Part shown: positions 61,756 to 64,000 of the stretch, in pieces
Layout of the letters: each line of letters begins with the position of its first letter
How positions within the stretch are numbered: the first letter of the stretch is position 1
Source: Anaeramoeba ignava BMAN
Taxonomy: Eukaryota > Protista > Anaeramoebae
Reading direction: 5' to 3'
NCBI GenBank assembly: GCA_028826165.1
Contig: JAPDFW010000083.1
Location: forward strand, 62,001 to 126,000
DNA length: 64,000 bases
Position numbers and translations under genes: made by a program
The notes under the pieces: generated by a model
Told to the model about the DNA's origin: nothing
The model's database searches: none
Seen by the model: the letters and a program-made list of their open reading frames with translations, nothing else

Positions 61756-62595
61756 TTAATTTTTATTATTTTGAATTGGTGAAGAAAGAGGTGAAGAAGA
61801 AGTTGAAGATGAAAAAGAATAATTTACAAGTTTTTTTTGTGTTTTTTCTTTTAAATTTTCTTTTTCTTTTGAAATTCGACTTCTTTTTAAATCATCTAAA
61901 TTTTTTTCTTTATTTTCAACATTTTTTCCCAATGATTTAATTTGAATTCGAGATGAAATTAATTCATTTTGAGATTTTCTTTTTTTATTTTTATCTTTTT
62001 TTGAATTATTTATAACCGAAAAGAAAGTTGGTTCAATTTCATCAGAATCTGAATTATTTTTTAAAGAAAATTTTTGATTTTGATTTTGATTTTGATTTTG
62101 TTTTTGATTTTGATTTTGATTTTGATTTTTGATTTTTGCATTTTGATTTTGATTTTGATTTTGATTTTGATTTTGATTTTGATTTTGATTTTGATTTTGA
62201 TTTTGATTTTGATTTTGATTTTGATTTTGATTTTGATTTTGATTTTGATTTTGATTTTGATTTTGAATTTGTTTTTGATTTTGAATTTGTTTAAATTGTT
62301 CTAATTCTTTGTTTTCTTTTTCTTTTTGAATTCTTTGTTCCTTTCTTTTTGCAATTTCAATTTCACTCAAAAATTGAATTTCTTCTGAATCAAGTGTTTT
62401 TTGAGTTGGAAATGGATTGTGTTCAAGTTTCCATTTTTCTTCTTCTACTTGTTTATTTGCAACAAGTTGTTCATATAAAGGTTTTGATGATGTATTTTTT
62501 GATGTATTATTTTCATCTTTTTCTTTTGGTTTTTCTGTATATTTTCCGTTATCTGAAACTAAAAGAACATTTCCACTTACAAAAGAAAGTGACAT
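61756..62595 (-). CDS. FAM192A: FAM192A/PSME3IP1 (NIP30, Fyv6-like) with poly-QN insertion
   Basis: MSLSFVS, KPLYEQLVANKQ..EEKW and TLDSEEIQFLSEI match the Nefa_Nip30_N pattern; C-terminal LVNYS. Confidence 0.8.
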   Translation of the reverse strand: MSLSFVSGNVLLVSDNGKYTEKPKEKDENNTSKNTSSKPLYEQLVANKQVEEEKWKLEHNPFPTQKTLDSEEIQFLSEIEIAKRKEQRIQKEKENKELEQFKQIQNQKQIQNQNQNQNQNQNQNQNQNQNQNQNQNQNQNQNQNQNQNQNQNAKIKNQNQNQNQKQNQNQNQNQKFSLKNNSDSDEIEPTFFSVINNSKKDKNKKRKSQNELISSRIQIKSLGKNVENKEKNLDDLKRSRISKEKENLKEKTQKKLVNYSFSSSTSSSPLSSPIQNNKN

Positions 62596-62907
62596 TTTTT
62601 TTTAATAACAAAATTGAAGAAAAAAAAAATGAAAATCAAAAAAAAAAACAATTTTTGTTTGAATGAATTTATTATTTTTTTTTTTGGTTCCAAATCAAGA
62701 AAAGTAAAAACCATTTTTGTTATTTTTTGGAAAGAATAGAATTTGAAGTAAAAAAAAAAATCTTTTTCGTAAAATTGAAAAATGCATAAAAAATTATGCA
62801 ATATTCGAATCAACAAGAAAAAAGAATCAAAAAAGAAAAAGTGGAATTTCTTGTTGGCTGAATAAATTTTAAGCTTTTGCAATATTGCAGCAGCTATTTT
62901 TTTGCAG

Positions 62908-63940
62908 TATTTATTAAATTTATTATTTTATTTTTAAATTACAAATTAAAATTATTATTAAAATTATTATTAAAATTATTATTAAATTTATTATTAAATT
63001 TATTATTAAAATTATTATTAAAATTATATTATTAATTATTATTAAATTTATTATTATTATTAAAATTTTAGTTTTATTATTAAAATATTATATTATTATA
63101 TTTATTATTTTAATTTATTATAAAAAAATTATTATTAAATTTATTATTAAAATTATTATTAAAATTTATTATTAAAATTTATTATTAAAATTATTATTAA
63201 AATTATTATTAAAAATTATTAAATTAAATTAAAATTATTATTAAATTTATTATTAAAATTATTATTAAAATTATTATTAAAATTATTATTATTATTATTA
63301 AATTATTAAAATTATTATTAAATTTATTATTAAATTTATTATTTAAATTTAATTATTATTTATTATTAAAATTATTATTAAAAATTATTATTATATTTAT
63401 TATTAAAATTATTATAAAAAATTATTTATTATTAAAATTATTATTAAAAATTATTATTATTAAATTTAAAATTATTAAAATTATTATTAAAATTATTATT
63501 ATATTTATTATTAAATTTATTATTAAAATTATTATTAAAAATTTATTATTAATTTATTATTAAATTTATTATTATTATTATTTTATTATTAAATTTATTA
63601 TTAAAAATTATTATTAAAATTATTATTAAATTTATTATTATTAAAATTATTATAAAAATTATTTTATTATTAAAATTATTATTAAATTATTATTAAAATT
63701 ATTATTAAAATTATTATTAAAATTATTATTAAATTTATTACCCTTTGTAAATTTATTATTAAAATTATTAAAAATTTATTAAAATTAAATTTATTATTAA
63801 AATTATTATTAAAATTATTATTAAAATTATTATTAAAATTATTATTATATTTATTATTAAATTTATTATTAAATTTATTATTAAATAATTATTAAAATTA
63901 TTATTAAAATTATTATTAAAATTATTATTATAATTATTAA
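62908..63940. repeat. (AAAATTATTATT)n-type microsatellite, about 1 kb, probably intronic
   Basis: Directly visible; preceded by a possible GT donor at about 62907. Confidence 0.85.
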
Positions 63941-64000
63941 GAAAAGAGTAATGAGTCAGGGATTTCTTTTCTTTTTTTTTTGGTTTCTTCAAAAAAAGTG

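Noticed and set aside
62780-64000. Possible first exon of a + strand gene before the terminal microsatellite
   Set aside because: Coding-like bases and a GT donor are present, but every frame has a stop and no homology is recognisable, so it cannot be supported.
1-64000. tRNA, rRNA, transposase or telomeric repeats
   Set aside because: None recognisable by eye; tRNAscan-SE/Infernal would be needed to exclude small ncRNAs.

Overview
Extremely AT-rich, gene-dense eukaryotic (protist) chromosomal DNA using the standard genetic code. Most genes are split by GT-AG introns, many of them swollen by simple repeats. Gene style (RCC1-BTB arrays, QN/EN hexamer tracts) resembles the anaerobic metamonad amoeba Anaeramoeba; this is inference, not proven. 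Genes left to right: tandem calponin-homology actin-binding protein (partial), Aurora kinase, DENN+PH Rab-GEF, PH-AGC (Akt-like) kinase with a dead catalytic site, OCA1/SIW14-family phosphatase (garbled), CDF zinc transporter, TOR, dymeclin, an orphan, cathepsin B-like protease and a 144-bp satellite. Next come six intronless RCC1-BTB-BTB paralogues with an embedded GT37-like fucosyltransferase, then CHMP1, a large Ubl-PH-PX-ankyrin-PB1 protein and FAM192A. The best candidate for an undescribed system is the RCC1-BTB array. Its BTB tails are near-invariant, while the propeller loops are hypervariable, rich in Tyr/Trp/Phe/Ser/Asp and mosaic between copies. This suggests a diversified receptor repertoire, possibly Cullin-3 substrate adaptors. 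Several frameshifts and duplicated 'ghost' exons are probably consensus/assembly artefacts. Exon coordinates were read by eye and may be off by a few bases.
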